Assembly (NCBI RefSeq): GCF_040938485.1
Contig: NW_027271164.1
Location: forward strand, 124,001-188,000
Length of the DNA stretch: 64,000 bases
Origin: Diadema antillarum
Taxonomy: Eukaryota
Direction: 5' to 3'
In this document: piece after piece, positions 48,186 through 60,925 of the stretch
Numbering within the stretch: position 1 is the first letter of the stretch
How the letters are laid out: each line of letters opens with the position of its first letter
Notes under the pieces: model-generated
What the model was told of the DNA's origin: nothing
Seen by the model: the letters and a program-made list of their open reading frames with translations, nothing else
Database searches by the model: none
Program-made: the position numbers and the translations under genes

Positions 48186-50700
48186 TCACTCATCATACAA
48201 ATTGTATGCCTGAAGAGGAAGATAACTCCTCAATTCATTCTGCTGAAGAAGGAAATACTCTTGTGGAAATTTAGGCAAAACCTCATATGCATAAACATGA
48301 TCATCAAAGCCCTGTGTTTCCCAGACTGTTCCATACAAATTAAATTGGCTTCCAACACAGTAAGCAGCTATCACCTTTCCAAAAGTAGGCATGCAATCAT
48401 GTGCACCAATGGCAACACTCATGCCTGATCTGTACTCTGTGCCAGATAGAGTCAAACTCTTTCTTACCATTACTTCATCATCTCTACACAGAGTTGGGAA
48501 TTTCTCAAGTAGTAGGGCACATCCCTCATCCAGTTTCTCGGACAGGCTTCTTATCAACATGCTGTACTACAGGCTTCTGTTCAACTCCATGTGTGAACCA
48601 TCTATGACATTGACTGATTTGCTGTCTTTCAGCGATTGTTTGTGCAATGTCCTTAAAATTACAGACAACATTCGCCATACGTTTGCCAATGGCATGCTTT
48701 GCTTCATACCTCATACACCAAGAGTTAATGAGAGGGCCAACTTGCTTGCACATGAAGGGGTAGTGGACGAGAAAATGATGCTTTGGTTTGAGATTATGTC
48801 CTGGAAGTAATCTCTTGAATAGAGTATGGTGGTCCTCAATGTGGCAACGCAAGTGAGCAATCATTTTGTCAGTTATCTCCCTAGCAAATGCAATGTCCAT
48901 TACATGTCTGAGGCGAATCAGCAGTTCCCAATGCGGATTGCCTCTGGGAACTTTATCACCAATCAAAATTGGTAAACATCGCAAGAGGCACCACATCTGC
49001 GATGCAGTATTCTTGAAGTTACATGTACTATCATCGTTCTGTAAGGTACTTGCATTGATTACTGATGGTTTGTTTTTGATATCAACAAAACCATAAGAGA
49101 AGTTAGACAATCTCTCATTCAACAGATTGAGTGTGAACAAATTTTCTACTTAGATTAGATGATTGAGGATCAATTTGCACTCCACTTTTCCAACACCTTC
49201 AAGAATATCATGCATGATATCCGGAGAAGAGTTTCTTGTGATATGAAAATACTTTGATTTGTTTAAGATACATTCACTCTTTACTCCATGATCAGAGACT
49301 GACTGCGGATTGTGCATAACAGATTGCACATGTATTGCATGGTTTTCTGGATTTCTCTTTTCACACTAGTCATCTACTAAGCAAAATTGCATATCTGGTC
49401 TTGATGTCATACAGGCTCTACATGGATAGTTTGCACCAAAACTTTCTACAAAACCACCTAAAGTGTTAGCACCTAAGTTGTCGGCTGCTGCTTGAATCAA
49501 TGTACCTCTTTTCCTCACGACTCCATGACTGAGTGTTAATTCCATTCCCTCGTTAGATTCCAATTCAGCCAACTCCTCCATAAATGGTTCAAGTATGGAG
49601 TTAAATCCATACTTGACACGATCCAAGCTATGAAACAAGCCAAGCAAATGTATATGAGGTAGAGTAGAATTCAGTCTTGAAGGGATGTTTTGCAATGTGT
49701 AATACAAAGCTCCTAACTTACGCACTCCTCGCTTTGATCCAATTGGATTTGTTACCTCAAAAAGTCATCAAAAAATAATGAAATTTGCAGGGCATCTGGA
49801 CATACTTCAAATAGCGGATGTGATCTAAACTGCGTACCATCACAGTAGTATCTCTTCACACCGTCAGTTGAAGGAGAAATTGTAGCCATATCTGCTACTA
49901 CTTTAGGATTATTCAGGACTACTCCAAGTGTTTCCTTTAATGACACATACTGAAAGGTATCTTGCACAAGGACTTGCCTGGAAAGGCCAGTAGATTTACC
50001 CACTCTAGTGTCAAAACGATTTCCCAGAACAACTGTCCTGGGTTTAATCAATCCAAGTTCCTCTTGAAAATACTGCTCTTGTTGATAGCGAGATTGCAAT
50101 GTAGAAAATGGTTTCTTAGTATCATGAAAAGATGCAGTCAATGCTTGGTATGCAGGTGAACATGGGTCTACATCCAATGTTTGTAAGAAATCTGCAGTCT
50201 TGTGCTCTAAGGAAGTAGCTATTGTCATCAGTTAAAGACGACGATTGTTCGACAACTCTATGGACAGTAGCATAGGTTACGTTAGGTTGCGAGAGTAAAG
50301 CAGTGATGAAAAGTGCAGCCCGTTTCTGAAGCTGTAAATCAGCACCTCTTTCAAGATCTTCATCAGCATCATTTTCTTTTACTGCATTGTTTTCTTCATA
50401 TACAGCATCATCATACACATGATGTACATGTATGTCAGCATGCTCTTGGTTACCTTCATGATCATTTTGAGGATTGCCAGGAATCAACTGGTCAGCTTCA
50501 TTATTCCCATGTGTATTCAATAAATGTTTCCTGAGTGAATTGAATGTGAAGAAAGTTTGAGGGCATCCTCCTTGACCACACTGTAGAATTAGTCCTGGTT
50601 CATCAAAGAGTGCATAGGCACAATGCAGATGTGAGAAAAGCTTCAATAGTCCATGTAAAATCAAATTGCAGACAAAACACTTAAAAAATCCATTATCCAG
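48186..50700 (-). pseudogene. EnSpm/CACTA (CMC) transposase pseudogene with N-terminal C2H2 zinc fingers
   Basis: Collinear motifs: CFVC..HLH and CGQGGC..HLLNTH zinc fingers, LFFDDF[frameshift]EVTNPIGS, LGALYYTLQNIP, ADNLGANTLGGFVESF..YPCRAC, PDIMHDILEG, ASQMWCLLR, LKPKHHFLVHYP, WCMRYEAKH. At least 3 frameshifts and 2 in-frame stops. Confidence 0.82.
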
Positions 50701-51074
50701 GATAGCTATGAGGTGCAACACTAGAGAGCATGCACACCACCTACATGTAAATAAAGTATGGCATATCTTGATCATGAGGTATTGCACTTGTAAATGCATA
50801 AAGCATTTGTGTGTACATGCATGTGTTCACAAGTATAAAATTGGCAAAACTGCGTAGAAGACTAGCAGTATAATGAATGTACAATGAGTGCTCTAATATA
50901 TCCAATAGGAGGCCTCTTGCAACTCGACATTTAGCTTGTGGAAAATCAAAATTGTATATTAGGAGGAACAGATAGTGAAACTGAATAAACCAAATTCTAA
51001 AATCCTCTTTAAAGGCAATGTACTGAATAATACCTTTTAAGCTTTCACACCGCGTGATCTGACGTGGATTTTAA

Positions 51075-51642
51075 AGGACAAGTTCACCTTCATAAACATA
51101 AGGATTGAGAGAATGTAGCAATATTAGTAGAACACATCATTGAAAGTTTGAAGAAAATCGGACAATCCGTTCAAAAGTTATGAATTTTTGAAGTTTTTAT
51201 GCAGTAACCGCTGGATGAGAAGACTACTGCAGTGTGTGAATAACTTAGATGTCACATGCGTACAACAATATAAGGAAAATATAAAGAGAATTTCACAAAA
51301 TTTCATCTTTTGAAAAAAGTACACATTCCCCCGACTCGTTACCGACAAATGTTATGGGTAATATTATTCCCCCTGCCTTTAGAAAGAGGCAAGTCAAGTG
51401 CTCTTTTATTATGCGCAAAAAGTGAAAATATGTTGAATTTTCTTTACATTTTCTTTGTACTGTTGTACGCATATGGCTCACAAGCTGTAGTAGTCTCCTC
51501 ATCCAGCGGTTCCAACACAAAAATTTTAAAAATTCATAACTTTTGCATCGATTGTCCAATTTTCCTCAAACTTTCACTGATGTGTTCTACTAATATTGTT
51601 GCATTCTCTCAATCCTTATGTTTATGAAGGTGAACTTGTCCT
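51075..51642. mobile_element. Kolobok-type foldback MITE
   Basis: TTAA|AGGACAAGTTCACCTTCATAAACATAAGGATTGAGAGAATG matched perfectly at the other end (...GTGAACTTGTCCT|TTAA). Imperfect inverted arms extend over 200 bp. Confidence 0.8.
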
Positions 51643-52884
51643 TTAAACAAGCCAGCCATCAGCCGTGCTGCTATATTGTGTTTACAGTATGCAGATTGCA
51701 AGTTGTATGAATATTACATTTCTTCCTGAATGCTGGAATCACTGTGCAATAACTTCTTTTGACTGTTTTCACCTGGGTTTCCCCCAGTATTCATTCTTAG
51801 TATTTTGTTGGTGAAGAGTAGAATTTATTTGAATAGGATAAATCAAATTTCAAAGCTTGTCAGTCAGTAACAAGTAAGACAGTATTATGAGGGCTCTTAT
51901 ATACTGGTAATCATGTTCTTATACAATGCATAAACATATAATGCCTGGTAGGAATAACCCTTTTTGTTCTGGTGCTAAGTGTTGATGAACCAAGGTTTTT
52001 GATGTTTACTGCTGACAGAGTTGTTATTGCCTTGCCATATACGCTGTAGACTTTGAGTGATGTTATGTGAGTCATGGCTGGTCCTTATTTTAATAATTCT
52101 GTTCATAATGAAGGGATGATGGATTCCAGTGTATGAGTGCTTTATTGGACTCATCTGCAAGTGGACAAGCTACTAGCCTACATGTACAGTACTGTAAAAT
52201 GGCATTTGGAAATTATCATCTACAAGTGTTTTACATCTACAAAATATGTAGTCTCAGCAAGTATTAGAGAACAGAACTGGTTCAGGATCTGAAAAAATAA
52301 GAAAAAGAAGCAGACTATCACATATAAATCTGGTCCATTTTTTGATATTAAGTCAGAGCTAGACTTACTTTTGTCATTGACAGAATGGAATTATGACCAA
52401 ACTTGCCAAGCACATATTCAAAGAGCCAGTGATTAAATTGATTATGAACTTCAGATAATGGTTGAAGATCTACCTGATATTCAATTCATGGCCACAAGTG
52501 ATTTTTTTTTTCAGATGTGCAACTCAGAAGAAAACTATTACGAGCAAATCTGATAATGTATTTCCAAATCTTCAACTGTCAGTGGTGCAAATATGCAAAT
52601 GTTCAAATATATGTACATGTACACTGTATATGTGCATAATATATCGCTCTTCATTTTTACTGAGAACAGTAATAATTCATAGATTCAACCAGATGAAAGA
52701 AGATCAAACAAGCTTGTAATAATTTCCAGTAGGTACTGTATATATAAACAGTAAGGAATAAGTCATATGAATTAAAGATTAAGCTAAAATGTAGGATTCT
52801 TTAGTGTCACAAATTGAAAACCCGGACACGGCAAGCTGCCTGATTATTCATGGAAGGAGGTAGAAATAGCTGTTCGTAAAGTAC

Positions 52885-53142
52885 CTATCGTCGCTGGGGT
52901 GACAAGACCTCGTATCTCAAAAATGACAAATGTTCAGGAGAGCAAAAAAACATGGCGGCCAAAGCACTGTAGTGAATGGGAAAGCCTTTCCTTTGACATG
53001 TCATGGTGGCTTCATTTTTGGAGTAAGACAGTTGGGATTTGGCCAAGACATCACTTGACCCATTATTTGACCATTAAGCCAAAAAAAAAAAAAAAAAAGT
53101 GACATTTTTGAGATACAAGGTCTTGTCACCCCATCGACGCTA
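52885..53142. mobile_element. MITE with ~45-bp TIRs
   Basis: TATCGTCGCTGGGGTGACAAGACCTCGTATCTCAAAAATGACA versus revcomp TAGCGTCGATGGGGTGACAAGACCTTGTATCTCAAAAATGTCA. Confidence 0.7.
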
Positions 53143-53287
53143 TGCTCTGTGCTAGAAAGGGTACTGAAGAGTAATGCAGGGGGTTGGCAAGAGGATTATT
53201 GCCAGATATTTCTGATATTTTTGTGCTAAAAATATGTGGTGCTACTTGCAATTTTGTTTTGTACATACATGTATTGTGTGGGTTTTT

Positions 53288-53520
53288 TTTTAGCTCACCT
53301 GAGCCAAAGGCACAGGTGAGCTATGTGCATGATACAAGTGAGCTGTATTAATTTTTTTTTCCACATTTTCAGCTTCTTCTTAAAAGTCTCGTGACAGATT
53401 TTCACCAAATTTGATGGATAGCATCCCTTGGATGATAGCATCTGAATTTATCCAAATAGGTACCATATCCCCCTGGGCTCCCAAATTAAGGAATCTGTAA
53501 ATATCTTCTTCTCTAGTGAA
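53288..53520 (+). mobile_element. 5' part of a second Helentron-like non-autonomous element
   Basis: T-run followed by the hairpin AGCTCACCTG-AGCCAAAGGCA-CAGGTGAGCT (53292-53322). The 3' end was not identified. Confidence 0.45.
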
Positions 53521-54694
53521 GCTGCCTCATAAGCAGTAAGTACCAAGTTGACAAATGGGGACTGTTGTTGCAATTCGATGAGTGGGTTTATTGACAATGG
53601 TCCGTACCTGTGAGACTGTAAAAATATGGGTAGAATACAATTTGTTCAGTTTTACAGAGGAAAAGTACACCGAAAGTGTTGTCTGTGGAGTCCTGGAACA
53701 GTTATAGATTGCTCGGGACTCATAAAATCTCTTGTGAGGTTCTTGAATAATGATTTCATCCATGAAGCAAATATTTCACGTTCATATCTCTATTGACCCT
53801 GGTGTGTCAATGGGTACCTGACATTGACCCTCAGCTTGAGCATTGCTCGTACACTGATACATGTAATGCTATGAACTGAAGGGTAAAATGAAATGTATAT
53901 TTACTATTGTTTCAATGTTCTTGTCTTTAACTATGAATAGCTCATTGCTTAAAAAAAAAGAAAAGAAAATGGATTCACTGTGACATTGTGTTGCTGTTCA
54001 CATTGTACATGATGATTTAGGCCTGCATACATTGTTGTAGATTCTCCAGATTGAAGAAACTGCATTACTACTCATTTGAATTCTTTGTGTAATGAGGCTG
54101 AGTACAATTCATTAATAACAGTTTTATCTCTACATTTGCTCTTAATACCAGTATGTGACTTTATTATGATAATGTATCCAAATGAGATAAATGCATGTAT
54201 TACAGTACCTATGTTGTGTATACTCTTCATAGTACCTGTTTCTGCCCATTGACATATGCCAAGTACAGTACTGCTCATACTGTTGTCACACAAATGATCA
54301 AAGTGTTGTATGCTCTTAGACTGTGATGTACAATTTTCTAATGTACTATTCAATCCTGCATTCTCTGAGGAGTACACGTACAATGCATTTAACTTTTTCT
54401 ATTAAACGCATAGTGCAGCAAATTTTATGTGCTTTCACCAATGTTTGTGTCAAATTTCAAGTGAACTTGGTAAAGGAACAATGACACCAAGATTAGGTTA
54501 AAATCTCATAGCTAGGTGAGAGTGGCCAAAATGATACAACACTACAATGTACAATGTAACATCAACACTTGAGCTTATGAGTTGCAAGGGGAAAGCGACA
54601 GGTAATATAAGTGAAAAGAGGGAGAAAAGGAAAGAATTGAGTGTCACCTCTGCCAGAAATTGCTGAAATCAAAATGTTTGGTTCATAATTCAGT

Positions 54695-54907
54695 NNNNNN
54701 NNNNNNNNNNNNNNNNNNNNNNNNNNNNNNNNNNNNNNNNNNNNNNNNNNNNNNNNNNNNNNNNNNNNNNNNNNNNNNNNNNNNNNNNNNNNNNNNNNNN
54801 NNNNNNNNNNNNNNNNNNNNNNNNNNNNNNNNNNNNNNNNNNNNNNNNNNNNNNNNNNNNNNNNNNNNNNNNNNNNNNNNNNNNNNNNNNNNNNNNNNNN
54901 NNNNNNN
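54695..54907. other. Assembly gap (213 N)
   Basis: N run. Confidence 0.99.
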
Positions 54908-55219
54908 AATCAACATAAAATCTGAGAAGCCTGAAAAGCACATATACTGCCATATGAATGACAGTTTACAAATTAGGATTGTGTTCCATGGGTTAATCAA
55001 GGAACTGCATAGCTATATGTGCACATGGTTGTGATGTTGCTTTCTTAGCTATGAAATATCAACAATGTTTTTGAATGAGACACATGAAAGTAATTACACA
55101 TACCACGGAAGGCCAAGAGAATAATCCATGGTTGATATACAATTTACTGTAAAAGTGTCAATATTTGCTCTAGTTATAAATAAATGAATGAATATACACG
55201 TATATATAATTTGTATATA

Positions 55220-55770
55220 CAGTCAAACCTGTCTATAGCGGCCACCCAAGGGAGACGGAAAAAGTGGCCGTTATAGACAGGTGGCCGCTATAGACAGGTA
55301 ATCTAACTTTGTGTGCATTGCTTACATGTACACGTATCATCGTTATATCCTTACATGTACATGTGTGTGTGTACGTATGAACACACCGTGTGTTTCATGC
55401 ATTTAACCATGCCGGTGTATATGAAATTGTTGCACAGTAGCATTTTTATTGTCGTGAAGAATCGTGCATTATTATGACTGAATGAGGGATGAATGCAGTG
55501 GTGGTGATCACTGAACGTTGCTCGCACGGCTACTAAAACAGAAAAATACGCTGAATTATCGGCTTGGCTACGGCTCCATTGGGTTTTTGGCCGCTATAGA
55601 CAGGTTAATATCTCCCGCGGGAAACAAAATTTGTGGCCGCTGGCCGCGTTAGAGAGGTGGCCGCTATACACAGGGTCTTTAACAGGGCTTTTCTCTCGGG
55701 GGGATTTTGCAGTGGCCGCTATAGACAGGTGGCCGCTATAGACAGGTGGCCGCTAAGGCAGGTTTGACTG
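55220..55770. mobile_element. pogo/Tigger-type MITE
   Basis: TA|CAGTCAAACCTGTCTATAGCGGCCAC ... GTGGCCGCTAAGGCAGGTTTGACTG|TA, with repeated GTGGCCG(C/T)TATAGACAGG subterminal units. Confidence 0.82.
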
Positions 55771-56415
55771 TATCTATATATTTGCTCTTGGCCAGGCAAG
55801 ATGAATTTCATATGTTTAACATGAAATAGTCTTTTACATATAACGAGCAAAAATATTCACATTCTTTCATTTAATGCCCTAATTTCTGGTTACACAAAAT
55901 CCATGAAAATGTCCATATGTGTGTGTGTGTTTGTTATATTACATATAATAGCAGGACTGTATTGTCATTCTCAAAGTATGTACAGATTTGTCAAGAACTT
56001 GATACATTGTACTTTACATTTGAAATAACTTCCTGATTTTGATAGGTTTTGCTTTGGGACTTGCTGTTTCTGTTTCAAATAATTAAGTTTAGAACCATAG
56101 ATTATGATGGAAGAATACATAGAATGCTTGTCGAGTGCATATCATGTCTGTTTCCTCCTTTCAAGTCTGATCATACACGCAATTCCCATTTGTAACAAAG
56201 TTCTCTGGACTGGCGGTTTTCTTTCATTTTATCAAAATTCTGTTATAACTGAACAGTAAGTAGGCCTACGGTGTACATAGATATGCAGATGATGATTTTG
56301 GGGAGATGAATTTTTACTTGATTGTAACAAGAATTTTGTACATGACTGTGTTTGTTATAGAGTGCATCGTAATAACCGATACACATAAAACAACCCCCCC
56401 CCCCCACACATACAC

Positions 56416-56453
<38 letters not shown>

Positions 56454-56473
56454 TGTTTGTTTGTTTTGATAAT

Positions 56474-56537
56474 TGTAAAGCGCTTCGAAACATTGTATTA
56501 ACGGCTTTATAAATATTTCATATTATTATCATTATTA

Positions 56538-56568
<31 letters not shown>

Positions 56569-56596
56569 GATGATGATGATGATGATGATGATGATG
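56474..56596 (+). mobile_element. SINE/L2-type 3' tail with (TAT)n(GAT)n microsatellite
   Basis: TGTAAAGCGCTTCGAAAC...TTTATAAATA followed by (TAT)n then (GAT)n. Confidence 0.45.
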
Positions 56597-57923
56597 CAAA
56601 TGAGATGTTTGACATGTAGTTGTTGTAATTTTATCTCATAACAGTCTTAAGACAAACCAAGAATCTGGCCCTTCCCACTATAAATGCCAAATATTGAAAC
56701 ACAGTATACTAAAGGGAACCTGCACTCAGCGGCATGGATAACGGTTATATAATGTACATTGTATGCCTCATCCCCATAGTTATTGCAAGGATGTGCAGTC
56801 ACCTTTGACAATTATGTATGCTTACCATGTATTTGGCATACAGACCAGACTTTGGCATGTTTTTAAGAGGGTGTCTATCATTTTCATGCCTTTTCGACTT
56901 TGCTCTCTTACATTCTTTCCATTATACATTCACACAGTCGACCAAAATGTGAATGCATAATAATTTACTAAGCCAAACAACAATCCATTCATTGTCATGT
57001 ACTGTCATATGTGATCACTTCAATAATTAATGCTGTATTTTGAGTACAAAATAAAATACTGACTGGAGGAAAAAAATAACAACAATAATCTGGCCCTTCC
57101 ACCACATGCCAAATATTGAATATTGAATATTGCCAGTACATGTAATACTAATTAAAGGAGAACATAGGAACCCCGTGCCAATTTTGAGCTGACCGTTCAA
57201 ACTCTGACCTCCTAATACCATTCTTATCAACCTACAACTTGCCAGTGTGGGCATCAACATAAAGAGATACAGATCTAGAGGCCAAAGTCCACATAGATAA
57301 CAAATGGATCAAATCTGTCGATCTGTGCGTCATAATATGCAACACACACATGTAAATAGCCTCCTGTATAGCTCAGTTTGACTTCAAGAGCAAATTGATT
57401 TGAAATCCAGCAAAGTGGAATATTGTACATATAGGCTTCTGAACCGTTATGTTGGGTTATATGAAATGATTGCACTTCTCATTTGTCCAATTTTTTACCA
57501 AATGTTTGCCTGATAAGAGCAAAGCTTTGAGTTTGCCCCACAAATGTCTTCAATTTTGATTGTAATATGATGGGTTACATACAAAATGTTGACAGGAATG
57601 AAGCTCTTTGTACATGATCTTACATTAATATAAGATTATGGAATTGATTGTTGCACAAATCTAAAGTCAAGCATTTTACCATTTGACCATGATCGATACC
57701 TTCACTGATATTCTTCCTCGTAAGGGAAATAAATCAACATGTTTCTACTTGCTATCATGATCCTTTTGTCGTTGATAAATTTCCAGTTTTTCTAATTGAA
57801 GTTTTGACCAACTGCATTATTTGAGATATTTCGTGCACATTTTCTATGCAAGCTGTAAAGCTTTCATACGGGCAAACAGAAACACCAAGCACAGATACGC
57901 AGGCACAACCATGAGTGGGAGCA

Positions 57924-58089
57924 NNNNNNNNNNNNNNNNNNNNNNNNNNNNNNNNNNNNNNNNNNNNNNNNNNNNNNNNNNNNNNNNNNNNNNNNNNNNN
58001 NNNNNNNNNNNNNNNNNNNNNNNNNNNNNNNNNNNNNNNNNNNNNNNNNNNNNNNNNNNNNNNNNNNNNNNNNNNNNNNNNNNNNNNNN
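57924..58089. other. Assembly gap (166 N)
   Basis: N run. Confidence 0.99.
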
Positions 58090-58682
58090 CACATTAATTC
58101 GTGCTGCAGAGAAATGACAGTTGTGAACAATAATTGGAATCAACAGCCTTTGCGGTGGATGTACATGTAACTCATGGGTCTCACACAGGGGTTTTCCCCT
58201 TTCCAAGTCCCAGAAAGCATATGGCCTATTTCTCTGCATGGTTGATGCTCCTAATATTTATTAGGATTTTAACCATTACATGCTAGCATTTCAAGAGGTA
58301 GAGTAAAATGTTCTCTTTCATATTAGCTTTTTTTGTTCATATATATTCATATATATTTGCTTCTGTTCCAGAATTTTCAACAGCCTCTCAGTTGCTAAAT
58401 TTCTGATTCTTAGGGGCAACACAATTTTTTTCATATTTTTTCTTAAAATCTCTCTGATTTTATGTAGATGTGATGTAGTTAGCCAGCTGCATTTAATCTC
58501 TCTCCCATATAACATATGATGTGAATTCCGAGGTACCAATTTAATGACAACATGACAAGTTCTGCTGCAAAATTCCCGAAGGACACTCTGGGTTAAAAAT
58601 TAACTCTTCATGAAGCTCGTGACAAATAGCCCAACAGTTACTGCTGCATATTGTGTTGACTTCCAGTAAGTCAGCACTACAG

Positions 58683-58830
58683 NNNNNNNNNNNNNNNNNN
58701 NNNNNNNNNNNNNNNNNNNNNNNNNNNNNNNNNNNNNNNNNNNNNNNNNNNNNNNNNNNNNNNNNNNNNNNNNNNNNNNNNNNNNNNNNNNNNNNNNNNN
58801 NNNNNNNNNNNNNNNNNNNNNNNNNNNNNN
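58683..58830. other. Assembly gap (148 N)
   Basis: N run. Confidence 0.99.
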
Positions 58831-59301
58831 TGAGATTACAATGGCAGGGTTGGAGGTCTGCTTTATTCAATACAAGTAAATAGCTTCAATAAATAACCAA
58901 AAAAAAAAATGTGAACAATGGGTAAATATATCACCTCAAGGCTGTCTTTGGTGCCTGACATCGTACATTAAATACCTACACTGTGTAGTAGCCTACACAA
59001 AGTGTACTAGCTGGAGGTGGAAACGGTGAAGGAATAGCCAATACGTAGATGCATTCTACGACCTAAATGGAGGGTGACTTTACTATCTCACCCTCTCTTT
59101 CTGCCCTTCTCTCATTCCCTCTCCTTCTCTTCCTCTTTTCCTGGACTCGGAAGATTCCAAAAGACTGTGGATGCATGTATAAATTGTATTAACAGAAATG
59201 AGAAGATGTCGGACACATTCCAGAAGACTATAGGTGCATGAACTGGTCGTCACATATTATACAGAAATGTGCAGATTGCTTGACAAAATATCAGACACAT
59301 A

Positions 59302-59844
59302 CAGTGCACTCCCGTTATAACGAAATGCTCGGGACCGGCAGTTTTCTTTCGTTATAACGAAATTTCGTTATAACCGCACAAATACAATATACAGTATAAC
59401 GAAATCAAGGAACCACGTATATATATCATATTATGCTTGCTGAATACTCATCATACACTGGAAAGCTATGTGAAATGTGATGGGATAACTGCAAGTATTA
59501 CAATAATAAACACAAGTTCCCCTCAGAAACTGTGCGTGACACAAGGAGTAAACACACAGTTGTGTGAAGCGTTCACCCATGCAGAGACGCTATAAATGCT
59601 TGTTCCGCTACGTATTTTCGAAAGCAATTCGCATTTCGTTATAACGGAGCACATTTCTTTTGTTTTTCTTTGTCTGTGGCGCTCGGAAAAGACTTCGTTA
59701 TAACGGAAATTTCGCTGTAACCGTGTTCGTTATAAGCGAATTTTGTACCATAGACTTCAATGGTGATAATTTTGGGACCAGAAAAATTACTTCGTTATAA
59801 CGAAATTTCGTTATAACCGTGTTCGTTGTAACGGGAGTGCACTG
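59302..59844. mobile_element. Tc1/mariner(pogo)-type MITE, intact
   Basis: TA|CAGTGCACTCCCGTTATAACGAA ... TTCGTTGTAACGGGAGTGCACTG|TA, with many TTCGTTATAAC subterminal repeats. Confidence 0.85.
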
Positions 59845-60390
59845 TACCAACAACAGAAATAGGCCTGTCAATGTATTCTACAGTATTTGTGTACTAGCTG
59901 TTTATCTGTTAAAATATGCCATACATGGTGTCTGTGTATATCTACTGTCTGTGCAGGCTTGTATGTTCATGTTATGTGAATCCATCATACCTTTTCTCAG
60001 ATTGCAATGCACACCCTGTACTTATCATCAAGCTACACTGATAACGGAAACAATACTACAGCTTTGGAGAGACATATGTTGTTTACGTACTTCGGAACTT
60101 ATTTCAATTGAGTCTGAGGTTGAAGGAAATGTTGTTTGTTGTTCACCTCCATTCGAGGCCTCTTGTCAGTGACATCTTTGCAATTTCCTGATAAGTGGTA
60201 CCTGCTGCTGACGCTGGTGAACAATTACTCACATCCCATAGAATCGTTTCACTCACCAGCATTTCACCATATTGCTACACAAGCTGTGCTCTCTATGTAA
60301 ATCTTTCTTAGAAATAAGACAGGAAGTGTGTAATTCATTGCAGTAATGCCATGGTTGTCCATCACTAAAATTGTTTTCCTTAATCGATTT

Positions 60391-60771
60391 GTACAGTTCT
60401 GGATGAGGTGAGGATTTAGCTTTCAACGTTTTGAGAGATGTTCAGAAACCACTCTATAAGATGTCAAAGAGCATGCCATTTTAAAGGGTATCGAAACTTT
60501 ATTTGGTGAAAATCGATTTTGAAATCGCCAAGATATCCAAAAACAAGGTGAAACAAAGATATCCTAAAAAAGGGCGTGGCCTGTCGCCTTTTATTATTTA
60601 ATATCACTTTTTTGGATATCTCAGCCATTTGAAAACCAATTTTCACTAAATAAACATTAAATTTCTCTTAAAATTACATGCTCTTTCATATTTCATAAGA
60701 GATTTTTCATTATCTCACTTAGGAATGTTCAAAACATGAATCCCCACCTCAACCAGTACTGTACAGTCCCT
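60391..60771. mobile_element. Kolobok-like foldback element with a truncated left end
   Basis: Imperfect ~160-bp inverted arms (GTACAGTTCTGGATGAGGTGAGGATT versus revcomp GTACAGTACTGGTTGAGGTGGGGATT) and right end GTCCCT|TTAA. Confidence 0.6.
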
Positions 60772-60889
60772 TTAATCGATTTTAGAATTTGCTTATGAGA
60801 GATTACAGAAGAAATACCATGCAGGAGAGTGTGATCAAGAACTGAAAATAGAAGATTTTAATAACTGGATGCATGGACTAAAAACTGGT

Positions 60890-60925
<36 letters not shown>

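Noticed and set aside
56662-57120. 35-bp direct repeat AATCTGGCCCTTCC...ATGCCAAATATTGAA about 425 bp apart
   Set aside because: Only two copies, with no spacer array or TSD logic; likely an old local duplication, not CRISPR-like.
54660-58883. ORFs spanning N runs
   Set aside because: Artefacts of translating assembly gaps.
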